A DNA stretch of 64,000 nucleotides from Octopus sinensis (taxonomy: Eukaryota), in NCBI RefSeq assembly GCF_006345805.1, contig NC_043002.1:70618001-70682000 (forward strand). Direction: 5' to 3'. This document shows, piece by piece, positions 1-14,457 of the stretch (positions are counted from its first letter, which is position 1; every line of letters starts with the position of its first letter). The notes under the pieces are model-generated. The model was not told where the DNA came from. It was given only the letters and a program-made list of their open reading frames with translations, and made no database searches. The translations under genes and the position numbers were made by a program.

Positions 1-1879
1 ACACAGTTTGTCTTTATTTGCGATCAAAATGTTTCTGTTAAATGTTCGCGCAGAGTGTTCAGTTACTTCAGGCAGCCAAGAAACATATTTCCAATCATTG
101 ACTCACTCAACCAGCTACCACCAGTCTATGAACGAAACATCATGAGACCACACGTGATACAGGAAAGTATTTCAAATTTTTCGAGTTTCAAAAGTTCAAC
201 AGATATATTTTTCCGTATGAAAAGGTCTAACAAGAAATTTCTACAAACTAAATCGTCATTTAGGGGCATGATAAGAAGAATACATATAATAGAAGTCACA
301 CAAGAAAGATGTTATTGAATTCACCACATTCGAAAAATATGTCGTACACTACATCCTATAAATGTAGTTAGAGCGGTATAATCAAGCAGTTCGATTATGT
401 AAAATTGGAGGATTTTTGTTTTACTGTCTTCCAAAGTCGAATTAATATATATTTCGCATATGAAAGTTTGCTTGGGCTGGGAAATAAAAATGCGAAAATC
501 TTTAGGTAGCATTTGTGTCGAAACACATTTTAGTTCTCACTATGTACAATGATACATCGTGTTACCTATAACGTTCTAGTAAATATACATGCAGGAATAT
601 ATAATGTTGGCAATTCATCCTTTTTTATTTTTAGACCATTTGTTCAACATGAATATTTGTATGCAAGAATTTTACGGTGATGCTTCAATGTTCATAATAT
701 AAGAAATGAATATATATTGCTTTATCTCTAAAATAATAAATGATAATGATGGTAGTTATGACGATTTTCAAAATACCTATGTGGTATCTGAGGAAAAAGT
801 AAAAACACGTTGAGTTGATGATCATAACAATGAGAATATATTTAAATAACTACATACATTAAAAACAAAACAAAACAAAACGAAAACGAAAATGTCTGTG
901 TGCTGCCATATATTACCAATTAAAACGTCATTTGGCAAATATATTTTCTGAAATATCTGTCATTATTGTTGTTATTCCCATCTTTAATTTCACTAACATC
1001 TAGAGTATACAAGCTAAGTTTTCGTATAAACATATTTGTGTTACAGTCTGGTAACCAAAACTAATCAATAAAAATCTAACGTTAAACTGGAAGTCTAAAC
1101 TCGTACTTTAACCAACATTGCTCTCCGAAATATTTGCTCTGAGAACCAAACAATGTCTTCACTTCTATTGTTGGTATTAGTAATACACATTACCACCGTA
1201 TAAAGCATCCCCCATCTCCCTTAAAAATCCATTATAAATATGCATTATGCTATATCTCTATATTTGATTTCGTAAGATCTAAATATTTCTTATATTTTAT
1301 ATTTTCATGTCTTCCCCTTTCTCGAATGCCTTACACGTTCAACATTTGTAACCATTCCCAGATATAGCTAAAACTTTCTGTTATTGATTGTACAAATCTA
1401 TACTTATTGCTTAAGAGTAGAAGGCAGTTTCTCATTTCTTCTTTTCTTATTTCAACATACGTTCCACTCCTCCTGAGATCTTATTTTATTTCAGTTGGTA
1501 TTATTTACATACCAAATTTTGTTTTTATATCTGACAATCCCAGGTGCAAGAGAACAAAAAAAAAACAAAACAAAACAAAACAAAAAAAAAATCACAAGAA
1601 TGCTTTGATACACTCTCACTATTACTTTACTGAATCATTGATGGGGTTTCGTAAGAAAATGATTGTTCTCAACCATCAACAGATATTTTTCTTAATGTTT
1701 TCTTTTGTGAACTGCATTGCTAATGTACGCTAGCAATGATGTAGGTTTCAGTGCAATTCCTTTCTGCTTTACCGATATGCATATATTAATGTTGTCTAAG
1801 CTCACCTCTGAATACATACATAGAAATACATAAGTACGTACATGCACGTAATTATATATATATATATATATACATATAT

Positions 1880-1937
<58 letters not shown>

Positions 1938-3973
1938 ACACACACACGCGCGCACACACACGTTTCTATGTCTGACCCTAAGAGAAAAAAACACTTTATA
2001 ATAAAAGCAGGTTATATAAGTTGCAGCAACTAGATATGTGTTCGCTATATCTTTTCTTCTGTGTTGATTAATGTTTCTAGTGGATGCACATGTATACAAT
2101 ATTCCCCATGGATCACTGACAAAAGATTATCACAGACAAAACCTCTAAGAGAGAAATTATTGGGTTTATACATAAATATATTGTAAACAGCAGAAATGTT
2201 GGGAATTCAAATATTGTCTTTCTGCTTGTAAATTTGTTAAGAAGTTCTCTTAGAAAACACTAACAAAAAATATAATGTAGCCTTAGAATATTTTTCCTGT
2301 AAAGCACTTGTAATGTGCTCATTGAAAATGGATAAATTCAAACATGTAGCGATCTTATAATCATATTATTGTAAATCCGAATTTATTCATCTTCATTGAG
2401 CACTTTACAAAACATTTCAACTGGGAACTATTTTCATATTTGGGATATATTTGTATAATCGGTATAAGACGTCCAGTGCTATTTTACGTTTACATATTCG
2501 TTTTGTTGTTAATATCAGAGAGTTGAGTAACACACACCTGCATTTGTGCTCCAGCTTGGTACAGAGCCCGCTATTGTGACTAAGTTTATAAAATCCTGCA
2601 ATTACGAGCATGTCTATATGTAAAATTAAATGATAGAACTGTTGTGTTATAGTTTATCAACAATATGACCAAGGTCAAATATCTCAGGGCAATATTCTTT
2701 ATATTGCATAAATATACGGTTAGGGACTTGTATATTTAATATAGTGAGAAGAAAAATACTGGTGATCTGACTTTATTCATGTACGTCATGAAACAAATTT
2801 CTCTTTAATCGTGTCTAAAATCTAAAATGCCAACAAGCACAGGTATAAGTCCACAAACATCAACCAACCAATTCCCTGAGGTATACTCAGTTATATTGTT
2901 GATATCCTTTATCTGCGTCATTATAGTCATTCTATTTAAGAATACACCGATTACTGTCAGTTTTCCCAATCGAGTAGAATAGAGTTCCCTGAGAATGTGT
3001 GATAAGACCGAATCATACTCTATATATTCATCAGTTGTTTCTTACAAAAAAAAATGGATGTCATATGCAATTTAGATATTGTTGTGAAACTGCAGGGTAG
3101 ATATTTTTTTAGTTCGCTCCAACACATTTGTATTCAAATTTTGTTTTAATCACTGAATAGAGATGTTGTCTACGAGCAACTTTTTAACTCTCAATAATTC
3201 GAGAGTCAAATATGCAATATACCAATTTATATCTCACTATATTATAAATGTAAAACTCTTCCGTATGTCCTATGATTTGATCGCAAGTCAAAGTAAAACC
3301 TTCTGGCTTCACAGAACGCTTTTACAATCTTTATCTGAAAAGTTGTAAGATGAGTGTCTCCTGCTTTTTACTACAAATTTGAGGATTCATTCGTTCATTG
3401 TTACAAACGTGTAACAAATACTATTGAAAATATCTATTTTGCTACTTTAAAAGTGGGGACATTGAAAAGTGATTTAAATATAGATACTGAATTTACGCGA
3501 GGGACAGACCTGGACTTTTTCATTTTTCTACTTGCTTAGTGACTGAAAACACAACAACTCTGCCAAAATGTCATTCATATATAGCAAGTAATTACTAGTA
3601 GAAGTGAAGTCAAGCGTTTGCCACTCACCGTTATCTGTCTTGCCAATAATTAATGTCAACAAAATAGGAAATTGAAGGCTTTCTGTCTGCTTTGTCTATT
3701 ATCACATCTTCCAAATACTTAGACTTCAGCAGCCATGAATATATTCGTATGAATGAAGCCAACGAAGAAACTATTCACCACTCAATCTGTAAGCAATAAC
3801 AGCCAAATTTTCCTGAAATCATATTCCGTTTTACAATGAGACTGAACACAAGATGTCTCTCTTTCTGCCTTGTTATATATATGTATGTATATATATATGT
3901 ATGTATATTGATAGAAATGGCAAGACAACAAAAGAATGAAAGAGACCTCGATATTATGTAAATAGAGGAATTT

Positions 3974-5440
3974 ATCTGTAACTATGATATATGACAATTA
4001 TTCGGTAGCCATGATAAAACTCCGAGTTTCGAATGTCGGGGCGGAAACCCACGACGGCATCTCTTCAGTGTGTTAAATATCAGGTTCATCTCAACTACTA
4101 ACTTTAAAATTATAATCGCATGCAACACACAAAAACCACAATATGAAACCAGCTGTTCATGCAGGAAAAAAAAATTGTGCTCGCTAAATGGAGCTTGCAT
4201 GTCCGAGACCATCATTTATGAAGCCAACGTGGACTCTATATCCACTAAGGATATGGTTTCGACGAAGAAATACGTGGACATTACAGAGGGTAATTACAAG
4301 GTCAGGTTCAATAATTGCACCTTGAGCTTCTGGCACTGGGATAAAAGGAAAACGACCCAATTTTCAAGTCATATATGGTCCTTAAAAGATAAAGGTGTCA
4401 GTTACAAGATCCATTGGAAGGTCTTAGCCAAGTGTAAGCCCTACACCAACACTAGTGGAAACTGCAGTCTTTGTGATATGGAAAGATGGCTCATCTGGAA
4501 AAGCGGCTTAGACCCCGCTACAGGTCTGAATTCAACAACTGAACTTTTCGGAAGATGCCCATATGTAGCTGAATATTTGTTACGTTTATGGTTCCCCCGA
4601 GATTACATACAGGACTTGCTTTCTATATTGTGTCCATATACAAGCTTTTTATCTCTCTATACTTTTTACTTATATTTCTTATATATATTTTTTATATATT
4701 GTTTTACACATTTATAGCAATATTGGTTTATAGTTTTATTGCTCATATATTTTTTTACACATAATTTTTCTGTATTCTACATTCCACCCTGCACTTTTCA
4801 TGTGTATATATAGACGTGCATATGGAAATTTTGTGTGCGCGTGTGGATGTGTGGATGTGTGCGGGTATGTGTGTATATAGACGTGAGTGTGTGTGCGTGT
4901 ATGTGCGTATATAGACGTGTTTTACTAGTATTGCTTATTTTTTTACACTTCTTTTTACACATTTTTCTGTATTTTGCCTTTAGCCCTGTTTCCTTGTGTA
5001 TATGCGTATATAGACGTGTGTAGGAACCTTTTTGTGCGAGCGTGTATGCGGCTATGTATATATTTTTTGGCGAATGTGTAGGTGAGCATGCGTGTGTATC
5101 AAGTGAGGGTGGATGAGTATATACACATAGGCGCATGTACGTGGGTGTGCGGGTGCGCATTTGTATGTATGGACATGCGCACTTACGCGAATACTATGAA
5201 CATTTTTACTCCCTTACATTTACTCCCACCCCATTACTTAGCGATCATCCTAATAACTCTTTTGTCTTAATAACGGTCAATGACACAGTAATTTCCCTTT
5301 CATTTAACGGTCATTTTCATAGCATCTTTTTCGATGGCCCGATGACAGCAGAGATGGCGGCGTGGGTTTCCGCCCCGACATCAGAAACTTGGAGTTTTAA
5401 CATGGCTACCAAATAATTGTCACATATTATATTTACAGAT
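3974..5440 (+). mobile_element. Penelope-like element fragment with GIY-YIG endonuclease and ~90 bp inverted pseudo-LTRs
   Basis: ORF 4070-4717 has CSCR..CSLNGAC..IIYEA..Y..ITEG..K.RFNN..SF..FSSHIWSLK..I.WKVL..C.LC..E..LN..E..RC (Neptune-type Penelope C-terminus). 3974-4063 is the reverse complement of about 5350-5440. Confidence 0.85.
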
Positions 5441-5471
<31 letters not shown>

Positions 5472-5532
5472 ATATTTTATAATATATGTATATATTATAT
5501 TTATATTATATATATATATATATATTTGTATA

Positions 5533-5593
<61 letters not shown>

Positions 5594-5598
<5 letters not shown>

Positions 5599-6284
5599 TT
5601 AAAATTACTAAGTCTCTCTAAAAGAGAACACGGCAGCGTTCCCGGAAAATAATAGTTATCGCCATACTAATATGGCATTCTTATAAAAATAAGAATAAAG
5701 CTGACCGCTTATTAGCTCCATGAGGCCATCGCCTTAAGTTAGCTATTTGATACACAACTGTATCCATATAACCTTCGAACAAGGGAGGTCAGTCGCTCCA
5801 CACTACTTGACCGACAGCTACAGACGCGTTCGGGGTATTGCCCCTTTTCAATGCAGCGTAGTCAGACCAGTAGGTGTCGCTTCCGACAATCTCTGTTCGA
5901 AGGTTTTATTTACCTAGTTTCGGTGGAATACATCCACTTGTTTTCAATAATAGAAATATTAAAATTACTAAGTCTCTCTAAAAGAGAACACGGCAGCGTT
6001 CCCGGAAAATAATAGTTATCGCCATACTAATATAGCATTCTTATTAAAATAAGAATAAAGCTGACCGCTTATTAGCTCCATGAGGCCATCGCCTTAAGTT
6101 AGTTATTTGATACACAAACTGTATCCATATAACCTTCGAACAAGGGAGGTCAGTCGCTCCACACTACTTGACCGACAGCTACAGACGCGTTTCGGAGTAT
6201 TGCCCCTTTTCAATGCAGCGTAGTCAGACCAGTAGGTGTCGCTTCCGACAATCTCTGTTCGAAGGTTTTATTTACCTAGTTTCG
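5594..6284 (-). mobile_element. Tandem 360 bp HHR-containing element (about 1.9 copies), retrozyme/pLTR-like
   Basis: 5594-5953 is repeated from 5954 with near identity. Each unit carries a hammerhead motif on the minus strand. Flanked by (TA)n. Confidence 0.8.
6178..6219 (-). ncRNA. Minimal type I hammerhead ribozyme, U3-A8 core variant
   Basis: Minus strand GCUGCA-UUGAAAA-GGGG caaua CUCC-GAAA-CGCG-UC-UGUAGC. Stems I and II pair, stem III is a short palindrome, GUC site. The sister copy at 5817-5857 lacks one A of GAAA. Confidence 0.75.
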
Positions 6285-6364
6285 TGTATAATATTTTCTA
6301 ATTTATATATACATATATCACATTTTGTGAAATTTGTTTTAGTTATTCTAAATTGAATTTTTAT

Positions 6365-6651
6365 AATATATATTATATATATATATCATATATATATATA
6401 TATATAGATATATATATATATATATAATATATATATATATATATTCTAATTTGCATATACTTATATTACATTTTATGAAATTTGATTTAGTATTTCTAAA
6501 TTGAATTTTCCCTGTATGTTTGGAATAATATTCCCTAACATTATTATATTATTATTATTATATTATTATTATTATTACTATATATATATATAATATATAT
6601 ATATATATTATATATATATATAATATATATAATATATATATTATATATACA

Positions 6652-6692
<41 letters not shown>

Positions 6693-6704
6693 ATATATAT
6701 ATAC

Positions 6705-6773
<69 letters not shown>

Positions 6774-7054
6774 CATATATGTATATATACATATATGTAT
6801 ATATATACATATAATATACATATATATATATCTATATATATATATACATATATATATAATATATATATATATATACATAATACATATATATATTACATAT
6901 ATATATATACTATATATATATATACATATATATATATACATATATATATATACATATATATATATACATATATATATACATATATATATATAATATATAT
7001 ATATACATATATATATATACATATATATATATACATATATATATACATATACAT

Positions 7055-7088
<34 letters not shown>

Positions 7089-7155
7089 ATATATACATAT
7101 ATATATACTATATATATAATATATATATATACATAATACATATATATATATATAC

Positions 7156-7190
<35 letters not shown>

Positions 7191-7202
7191 CATATATAAT
7201 AC

Positions 7203-7294
<92 letters not shown>

Positions 7295-7615
7295 CATTAT
7301 ATATATACATATATATATATATATGGCCTAGTGTTAGGGCAGCGGACTTGCGGTCGGAGGATCGCGGTTTCGATTCCCAGACCGGGCGTTGTGTGTGTTT
7401 ATTGAGCGAAAACACCTAAAAAGCTCCACGAGGCTCCGGCAGGAGGTGGTGATCCCTGCTGTACTCAAAAGGCGGTGCTCCAGCATGGCCGCAGTCAAAT
7501 GACTGAAACAAGTACAAAAAAAAAAAAAAAAAATATACATATATATATATATATACATATATACATATATATATACATATATATATATAACATATATATA
7601 TATATATATATATAC

Positions 7616-7649
<34 letters not shown>

Positions 7650-7655
7650 CATATA

Positions 7656-7697
<42 letters not shown>

Positions 7698-7702
7698 ATA
7701 AC

Positions 7703-7737
<35 letters not shown>

Positions 7738-7788
7738 TATATATATATATATATACATATATAATATATATATTATATACATATATAA

Positions 7789-7826
<38 letters not shown>

Positions 7827-7924
7827 CTATATATATTATATATATATACATATATAATATATATATTATACATATATATATATATATATATATACACTAT
7901 ATATATATATATACATATATATTA

Positions 7925-7956
<32 letters not shown>

Positions 7957-8007
7957 CATATCATATATATTATATATATATATATATACATATAATATAT
8001 ACATATA

Positions 8008-8040
<33 letters not shown>

Positions 8041-8074
8041 ATATATATAGACATATATATATATATATATATAC

Positions 8075-8132
<58 letters not shown>

Positions 8133-8259
8133 TATACATATATATACATATATATATACATATATATATACCATATATATATATATACATAATATATACA
8201 TATATATATATATATACATATATATATACATATATATATATATATACATATATATATAC

Positions 8260-8294
<35 letters not shown>

Positions 8295-8316
8295 ATATTA
8301 CCATATATATATATAC
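6365..8316. repeat. Long degenerate (TA)n/(TACA) microsatellite field interrupted by a SINE
   Basis: Directly visible dinucleotide repeats; source of many YI/IY ORFs. Confidence 0.95.
7323..7465 (+). mobile_element. tRNA-derived SINE (5' part)
   Basis: A-box TGGCCTAGTG and B-box GGTTTCGATTCCC in a tRNA-like head. Related copies at about 43590, 53100 and 62050-62195 (minus). Confidence 0.8.
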
Positions 8317-8773
8317 AGGGTGCGTTGAAAAGTAAATCATCTTTAATTTTCCCGCAAAAACTAAAGCTGCATGGGTAAAACAGGTGCATGAACATTTTCG
8401 CTTTAGGTTCCGTGTGTTACACGTGTAGTGCGTCCTCATCGGATTTTCATTTTTATCGAACACATCGAGAACAGGCGATATTACATCAAGTTTCAGCAAA
8501 AGCTTGGTGGCAATCAAGCTCAAACCGTCCAGAACATTTAGTAAGCATTTCCTGATATTGTCATGGGCAACACTTAGTTCAAGGAGTGGAAAACATGGCC
8601 ACGTCACAGTGGAGCGTGAGAAACGTGCAGGTAGGCCACCCACAAGCCGAAATGAGGAGCCGATAGAGGAGGTTTGGTGAATAATCATAGAGGACCGTCA
8701 TGGAACAATCCAGAAAATTGTTCACGAAGTTGAAATAAACACAGGATCAGTGCATTCCATTTTAACGGAGGAT
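8315..8773 (+). mobile_element. Mariner DNA transposon 5' fragment (TIR plus degenerate transposase HTH region)
   Basis: TA-CAGGGTGCGTTGAAAAGT end. Translation [47 protein letters not shown] matches the second mariner HTH. Confidence 0.75.
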
Positions 8774-10227
8774 CCACCTATGTCTCTAGTTGTGTCTTAG
8801 ATTTACGTTTTCGGGTGTTCTAAAACGTATACAACCGGATAATATAGTTACAGTATTATAATTGACGATGATATACATTAGTAGTATCATAAAACTTCAA
8901 AACATGTAATAAGTATCATACTTAAGCCTATTAAGTTGATATAAAGAGTCAATAATTATAAATTAATTGAACGAAGTGCATCGTTCTTTTTTGAAACCAT
9001 TTTAATCTTAAGATTAATGCAAAGTTGAGGAATTAAGTTTACTTTGTTTAATCTAAATTGATCATTGCGTCTGAAGGTCTTCATTTGCCCCAGGTCCGCT
9101 AGCGCTCCAGTCGTTACTTTTTAATCCTTTTGTTTATGAAAGACCATATTAGATTTTCTTCAAAACATGTCGCAATAAATTATTGGATGAGGGATATTAA
9201 ATTGCTGGTTTTTTTTTAGCAAATTCGTTGATTATTTAAATGTTCTATCGTTCAGACTAACGTATGTAAAATGATTTTGTCATAACTACACTGCAACATC
9301 GTTAACGTAATACGAACCATCAACACTTTAGCTAGTTAGCTGGATCTCCATAAACACGATGAAGTATATAGAATTTCGGAGATTATTATTATAGTAAAGT
9401 CTAAATATATATGTTCATGCTTCATTTGAAATGGCAACAACAAAACAATTCACCGAGGTAAGTATTCAAGCAGAAGGCATTTCCCATCAGACAAGTTTCA
9501 ACATACATCAATATCGTTAATATTGTCATGATTACATGTTCCAAAGTATCATTCTGGTGAAATGGCGAAAAGCAGGTGCCTTTGCACGGTTGATAAAACA
9601 CCACTACTAATTCGATCCGAACTAAAGTATATAAGTTGTGCAAGAAATAAATCAATGCAAAAACTCTTAGAAAGGATCTACATTCATTGACGTGAATGTT
9701 AACACTGTATAAAACTTGGCGAAGATAAATATAATGACATGAGTAACCAAGTTGAAAATGAATGTTTATCCCTGTTTGAATTCCAATTTCTTTTACAGAT
9801 GTTAACCGAATAAATCAGTGGTAGTTCTGGTAAAATTGTCGTTCTATTCATCTCCTTTAACTATTCCTAAATATTGCGACTATGCTTCAGTTCTTAGTTA
9901 GTGGATTAGATCGAAAGCATTTAACTGTAACTGGTGGTCTGTTGAGCATACACGGACATTGCATTTTCCATAGATTAACGTAAGATAAGCCACGTGTTAA
10001 CAATTGTCAACGTTAGCTCACAGATATTTGAGTAAATTCAAATATTAATGAAAAGCAGAATCAGAAATCACTATAATATGGAATAGACACATATATACGC
10101 AGACGGATGTGTGTGAACATATCGGCTCCTGAGGCTGTTTTATAACATTTTTCCTACTGGAAAATCTAAAAATTACGCATTTTCATGTATTGAGTTGTGT
10201 TTCCTGTTTCTTTTATGAAGCAATTCC

Positions 10228-10347
10228 TTCCCAAACACATGGTTCTGGGTTCAATCACACAACACGGCATTTAGGGCAAGTTTCTGTTACTATAGCCTCG
10301 GGCTGGTTAAAGCCTTCTGAGTGGATTTAGTTGACGGAAACTGAAAG
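10228..10347 (+). mobile_element. tRNA-derived CORE-like SINE fragment
   Basis: Shares ggttc(c/t)gggttca...gggcaagt...ctatagcctcggg...gtggattt with fuller copies at 12935-13290, 28886-29280 and 33228-33570. Confidence 0.65.
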
Positions 10348-10768
10348 TATATATACACACACAAACACACACACACACACACACCACACACACACACACA
10401 CTCACACTCACACACACATACACTCATAAACACACACAGAGAGCTTCTCCTCGACTTACGAATATCCGCACTCATACAATGACAAAAAAATAAGGAAATA
10501 AATATAGCTAAAAAATCGATTTTCGGACGTTAGCAACTGCGCGTATGTTAACAATGGCAGCATCTGACAACGCAGGCCTCCCTCCCTCCCTCAGACCCAG
10601 GTATCCCCCGTTTGCCATTGTCTCTCACTGAGTCGCTTTCAAGCTTCAGTTGCGTTTGAATGAAAACTGTTGAAAAGTACAAATCCGACATACGACCAGA
10701 TCGACTTACGAGGGCGTGGAACAGATATGGTGATATTGGATGCTCAGGAAAGGAAAGAAAGCAGGAGG

Positions 10769-10803
10769 ATTTAACGTTTCGAGCGGAACTCTTCGTCAGA
10801 AAC
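10769..10803 (-). ncRNA. Minimal hammerhead motif in a short dispersed element
   Basis: Minus strand GUUU-CUGACGA-A-GAG uuccg CUC-GAAA-CG-UU-AAAU. Same family at 27644-27677 (minus) and, degenerate, at about 12697-12725 (plus). Confidence 0.6.
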
Positions 10804-10929
10804 ATAGAAAAAGGAAAGGTCCAACGAAGGAAAGACTAAGAAAGAAAATCGCCAAAGATGCACACCGGTCACATATATATAAATATATCTAAATATATAT
10901 ATATGAATATATATATAACATGTATATAA

Positions 10930-11050
<121 letters not shown>

Positions 11051-11080
11051 GCGAGAAAGAAGCAACAAGAATGGATAGGT

Positions 11081-11171
11081 TTTTAGTACAATCGTTTTCA
11101 TACAAGGACAGGCTTTATTAAAAGTTGTAAAAATTACAGCATATAAATGTGTCCGTACTCATCAGCTAAAA
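11081..11171 (-). ncRNA. Type I hammerhead ribozyme with extended stem II
   Basis: Minus strand UUUUAG-CUGAUGA-GUAC GGACA...UGUCC uu GUAU-GAAA(A)-CGAUUG-UA-CUAAAA. Lies in element 11050-11690 between (TA)n tracts. Confidence 0.65.
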
Positions 11172-11691
11172 TACATGTGAGTTCTCTAGACATCCTCGTG
11201 GTTAAGGCTATACTCATGAAGTAATGAAGATAATTAAGTAACATAAACATATACAGATATCCAAAGTTCATTAAAGTTCTTTAAAGATGATGTACAGTCT
11301 TATCACAGAATTTTAAAAAAGTTCTAATAGCAACCCAGAGAAGGTGACCTAATCCATAGTGCACATATGAATTTCCAGAGATATGATGAGGGATTACATA
11401 CTCACAGAAGACAAATTTATCCATTGTTAATCACAACGAGGTGGGTCTCAATTCCTGCTTATTAGCATTACAGAGAGGGTGAATTAATCCTTTGTATAGA
11501 TGCACAATTTCCAATGGTGTAGATGTAAATTTCCAGAGAAATGAAGAGGAATTTCATATTCACAGGCGATAAATTTATCAATGGTTGAACACAATGAGGT
11601 AGGTATCAATTCTTGTTATATGATTAGGTATTTGCCACATTAATCATATTACTGCTATTTACAAGAGGCTGTAGCTATTTAACTTTTAACT

Positions 11692-11723
<32 letters not shown>

Positions 11724-12227
11724 GTATGTATATGTATTTATATGGATATATAAACATATATGTACACACATATGCATATACATCATCTAATATCAACAGG
11801 ATTTAAATTTACGTTATCATTGGTTTGATGCCGCTGAAGAAGTTGTGATTAGGCAATCTTGTGTAGCGTATCCCGTGTTTTCAATCAATCATTCAACCTC
11901 AAAATACTGCATGCATATAAGCGTATTCATCCTAATCTCAACGCGTATTTACATACTGTGCATATTAAATGCTATCTATCTCTGAGTCCATGGTATCATT
12001 GAAGGTTTTCTTGTTGATTCCAGAAATAGTGGAGCAGTACATTATGTATGTATGTATGTATGTATGTATGCATGTATGCATGTATGTATGTATGTATGTA
12101 TGTATGTATGTATGTATGTATGTATGTACGCATATATATATATATATATATATATGACTAACACCATGAGCTACCTCAGTGACTTCTATGCTTGTGTTTT
12201 TCGGTCATAAATACCGAATAAGACACA

Positions 12228-12302
<75 letters not shown>

Positions 12303-12334
12303 AGGGAGAGAGAGATGAAGAAACATTTCGTTCA

Positions 12335-12605
12335 CGCATGCCCAGAGGGTTGGAGCTTCAATGTTTCTCTCTGAGTCACAAATCCAGGCAAGGTTGTTTA
12401 TTGGTAGACCAATAGTTATCCATGCCTACAAGTCTCACCTCTTCAAGCCACCGATGTTATCTAAGAGAAAGGCAAAAGGTGATACTGCTTGGCACCAGTG
12501 ACATCGCAGCTCATTTCTACAGCTGAGTGAACTGGAGCGACGTGAATTAAGAGTATTGCTCAAGACCATAACACTCATCTCGGTTCGGGAATCGAATTTA
12601 CTACC
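12335..12605 (-). mobile_element. SINE (family with tccagttcactcagct)
   Basis: Similar to 35985-36220 (minus) and 63205-63540 (plus, with tRNA-like head). Confidence 0.65.
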
Positions 12606-12886
12606 TCGTATATATATATATATTTAAAAATGTAACCACATGTAAATCGTTGGCGATTTTTTTCTTCGTCTTCCTTTACACTTGAACTTTCCTCCCTCTG
12701 ACGAAGAGCTTTGCTCGAAAGGTAAAATGACCTTTCTTTCCTTCTCTGATCTGCTAATACTCTGCATGTACCGCGTCCTTGCGTTGTTGTTCTTTATTGT
12801 GCTTGTCGATCGTTTTTTGGGGGAGGAATTACTAATATATATATGTATGTATGTATTTAGTATGTATATGTATGTATGTATGTAAT

Positions 12887-12925
<39 letters not shown>

Positions 12926-13454
12926 ATATATAGGTTTAGGCTGTGTGGTAAAAAAACTTGCTTCCCAATCACAAGGTTCCGGATATAGTCCCACTGCGCG
13001 GCACCTCGGGCTGACTAAAACGTTGCGAGTGGATTTGGTTGAGGGAAAGTGAAAGAAGCTCGTAGTATATATGTATATGTGTGTATATTTGTGTATTTTA
13101 TGTCTGTGTTTGTCCCCCAGGAACATCGCTTGACAACCGATGCTGGTGTGTTTACCTCCCCGATAGAGTAAGTACTAGGCTTACAAAGAATAAGTTGTGG
13201 GGTGGATTTGTTTGACGAAAACACTTTTAGGTGGTGCTCCAGCGTGGTCGCAGTCAAATGACTGAAACAAGTAAAAGAGTAAAAGAGTAAAAGAGTATCC
13301 CTTCTATGGACAATTTTATCAAATTTTTGACACTTTAGCGACAACATGTCGTTTCCATCTTATTTATAAGATCTGATGTCACTAAAGAGGAAATAGATTA
13401 TTTCCTTAGATTTTAGTGGTATGTGAAAACATGCAGATTGTCTTGTTTGTTGCT

Positions 13455-13500
13455 AACACAACGTTTCAGCTGATACACCCTCCAGCCTTCATCAGGTGTC
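13455..13500 (-). ncRNA. Type I hammerhead ribozyme
   Basis: Minus strand GACAC-CUGAUGA-A-GGCUGG...UCAGCU-GAAA-CG-UU-GUGUU. Stem I is 5 bp and stem II 6 bp (including G-U pairs). Confidence 0.75.
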
Positions 13501-13547
13501 TTGAGGAAATTTCGAACCTGGGTTCTCATTCCTAAGGTATTTTTCAA

Positions 13548-13636
<89 letters not shown>

Positions 13637-13645
13637 GATTATTAA

Positions 13646-13685
<40 letters not shown>

Positions 13686-13719
13686 GTTATTATTGTCATC
13701 ATTATTATTATTATTATTA

Positions 13720-14322
13720 TTGAGTGAGAGAGCAGTTCATGTCATCAAAGTGACACTGGGGTAAAATGTACGAAGCCCAGTATACCTATCATGACTACAC
13801 GTCTGATATGGGTACACCAGGCACATGCATCCCAACCATATGTGCGCGACATGGTGATCTCATATCAAGATAAACAGCACATGACCTTGCAGGTGGGGCC
13901 CAGTTAGAATTTTCTTCAGGTTGAGTAGCCCATCCCGCTCAAAAGGTCCCCGAATAAGGGTTGTTTAAGTATGTTGAAAGAACCACCCATGTTTCCAGAT
14001 GTGAATTATTCAAACCTCAAAGAATCCCTCTCAACACATGGCTATGATGCTCCACCACTATTTCTGCTCGTGATCAGAGAGCACATATCGTCAGCCACTA
14101 AGGGACATGCTCAACTGGTTAAGGTCAAATAACTGACAAGCAAATCTGTGGTAGTGAGCAGAATATTTGCTGTAGCCCATCTTTTATACCAAGACAAAGC
14201 AATGTACATGATAACACTTCCAATCAGTTAAGATCAGAAGCCATGAGAGCCACTGCCTGGTACTGCATCAGGGCATTTACCTGGTACTGCATCAGGGCAT
14301 CTGCCTGGTACTGCATCAGGGC

Positions 14323-14325
<3 letters not shown>
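13720..14325. mobile_element. Non-coding ~600 bp element inserted in (TTA)n
   Basis: Flanked on both sides by (TTA)n. Related copies at 51724-51942 (internally deleted, also in TTA), about 38540-38920 (inverted) and 37087-37148 (terminal fragment). Confidence 0.7.
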
Positions 14326-14375
<50 letters not shown>

Positions 14376-14397
14376 GTGTTGTTGTTGTTGTTGTTGC

Positions 14398-14440
<43 letters not shown>

Positions 14441-14457
14441 GTTATTATTGTTATTAT

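Noticed and set aside
1-318. Reading frame open from the window start to TGA at 318
   Set aside because: It could be a terminal exon, but there is no recognisable motif and any splice acceptor would lie outside the window.
7323-7388. tRNA-like sequences (also at about 43590, 53100, 62800, 63205)
   Set aside because: They run directly into repeated SINE bodies and have imperfect cloverleaves, so they are SINE heads rather than tRNA genes.
6544-8395. Many long YI/IY/MC-rich ORFs (also at 18418-19426, 24644-26497, 34525-35839, 56088-56647, 59131-60516)
   Set aside because: They are translations of (TA)n/(TACA)n microsatellites, which lack stop codons in most frames.
11830-11915. CUGAAGA with a possible long stem II
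   Set aside because: GAAA and stem III are not intact; at best a decayed hammerhead.
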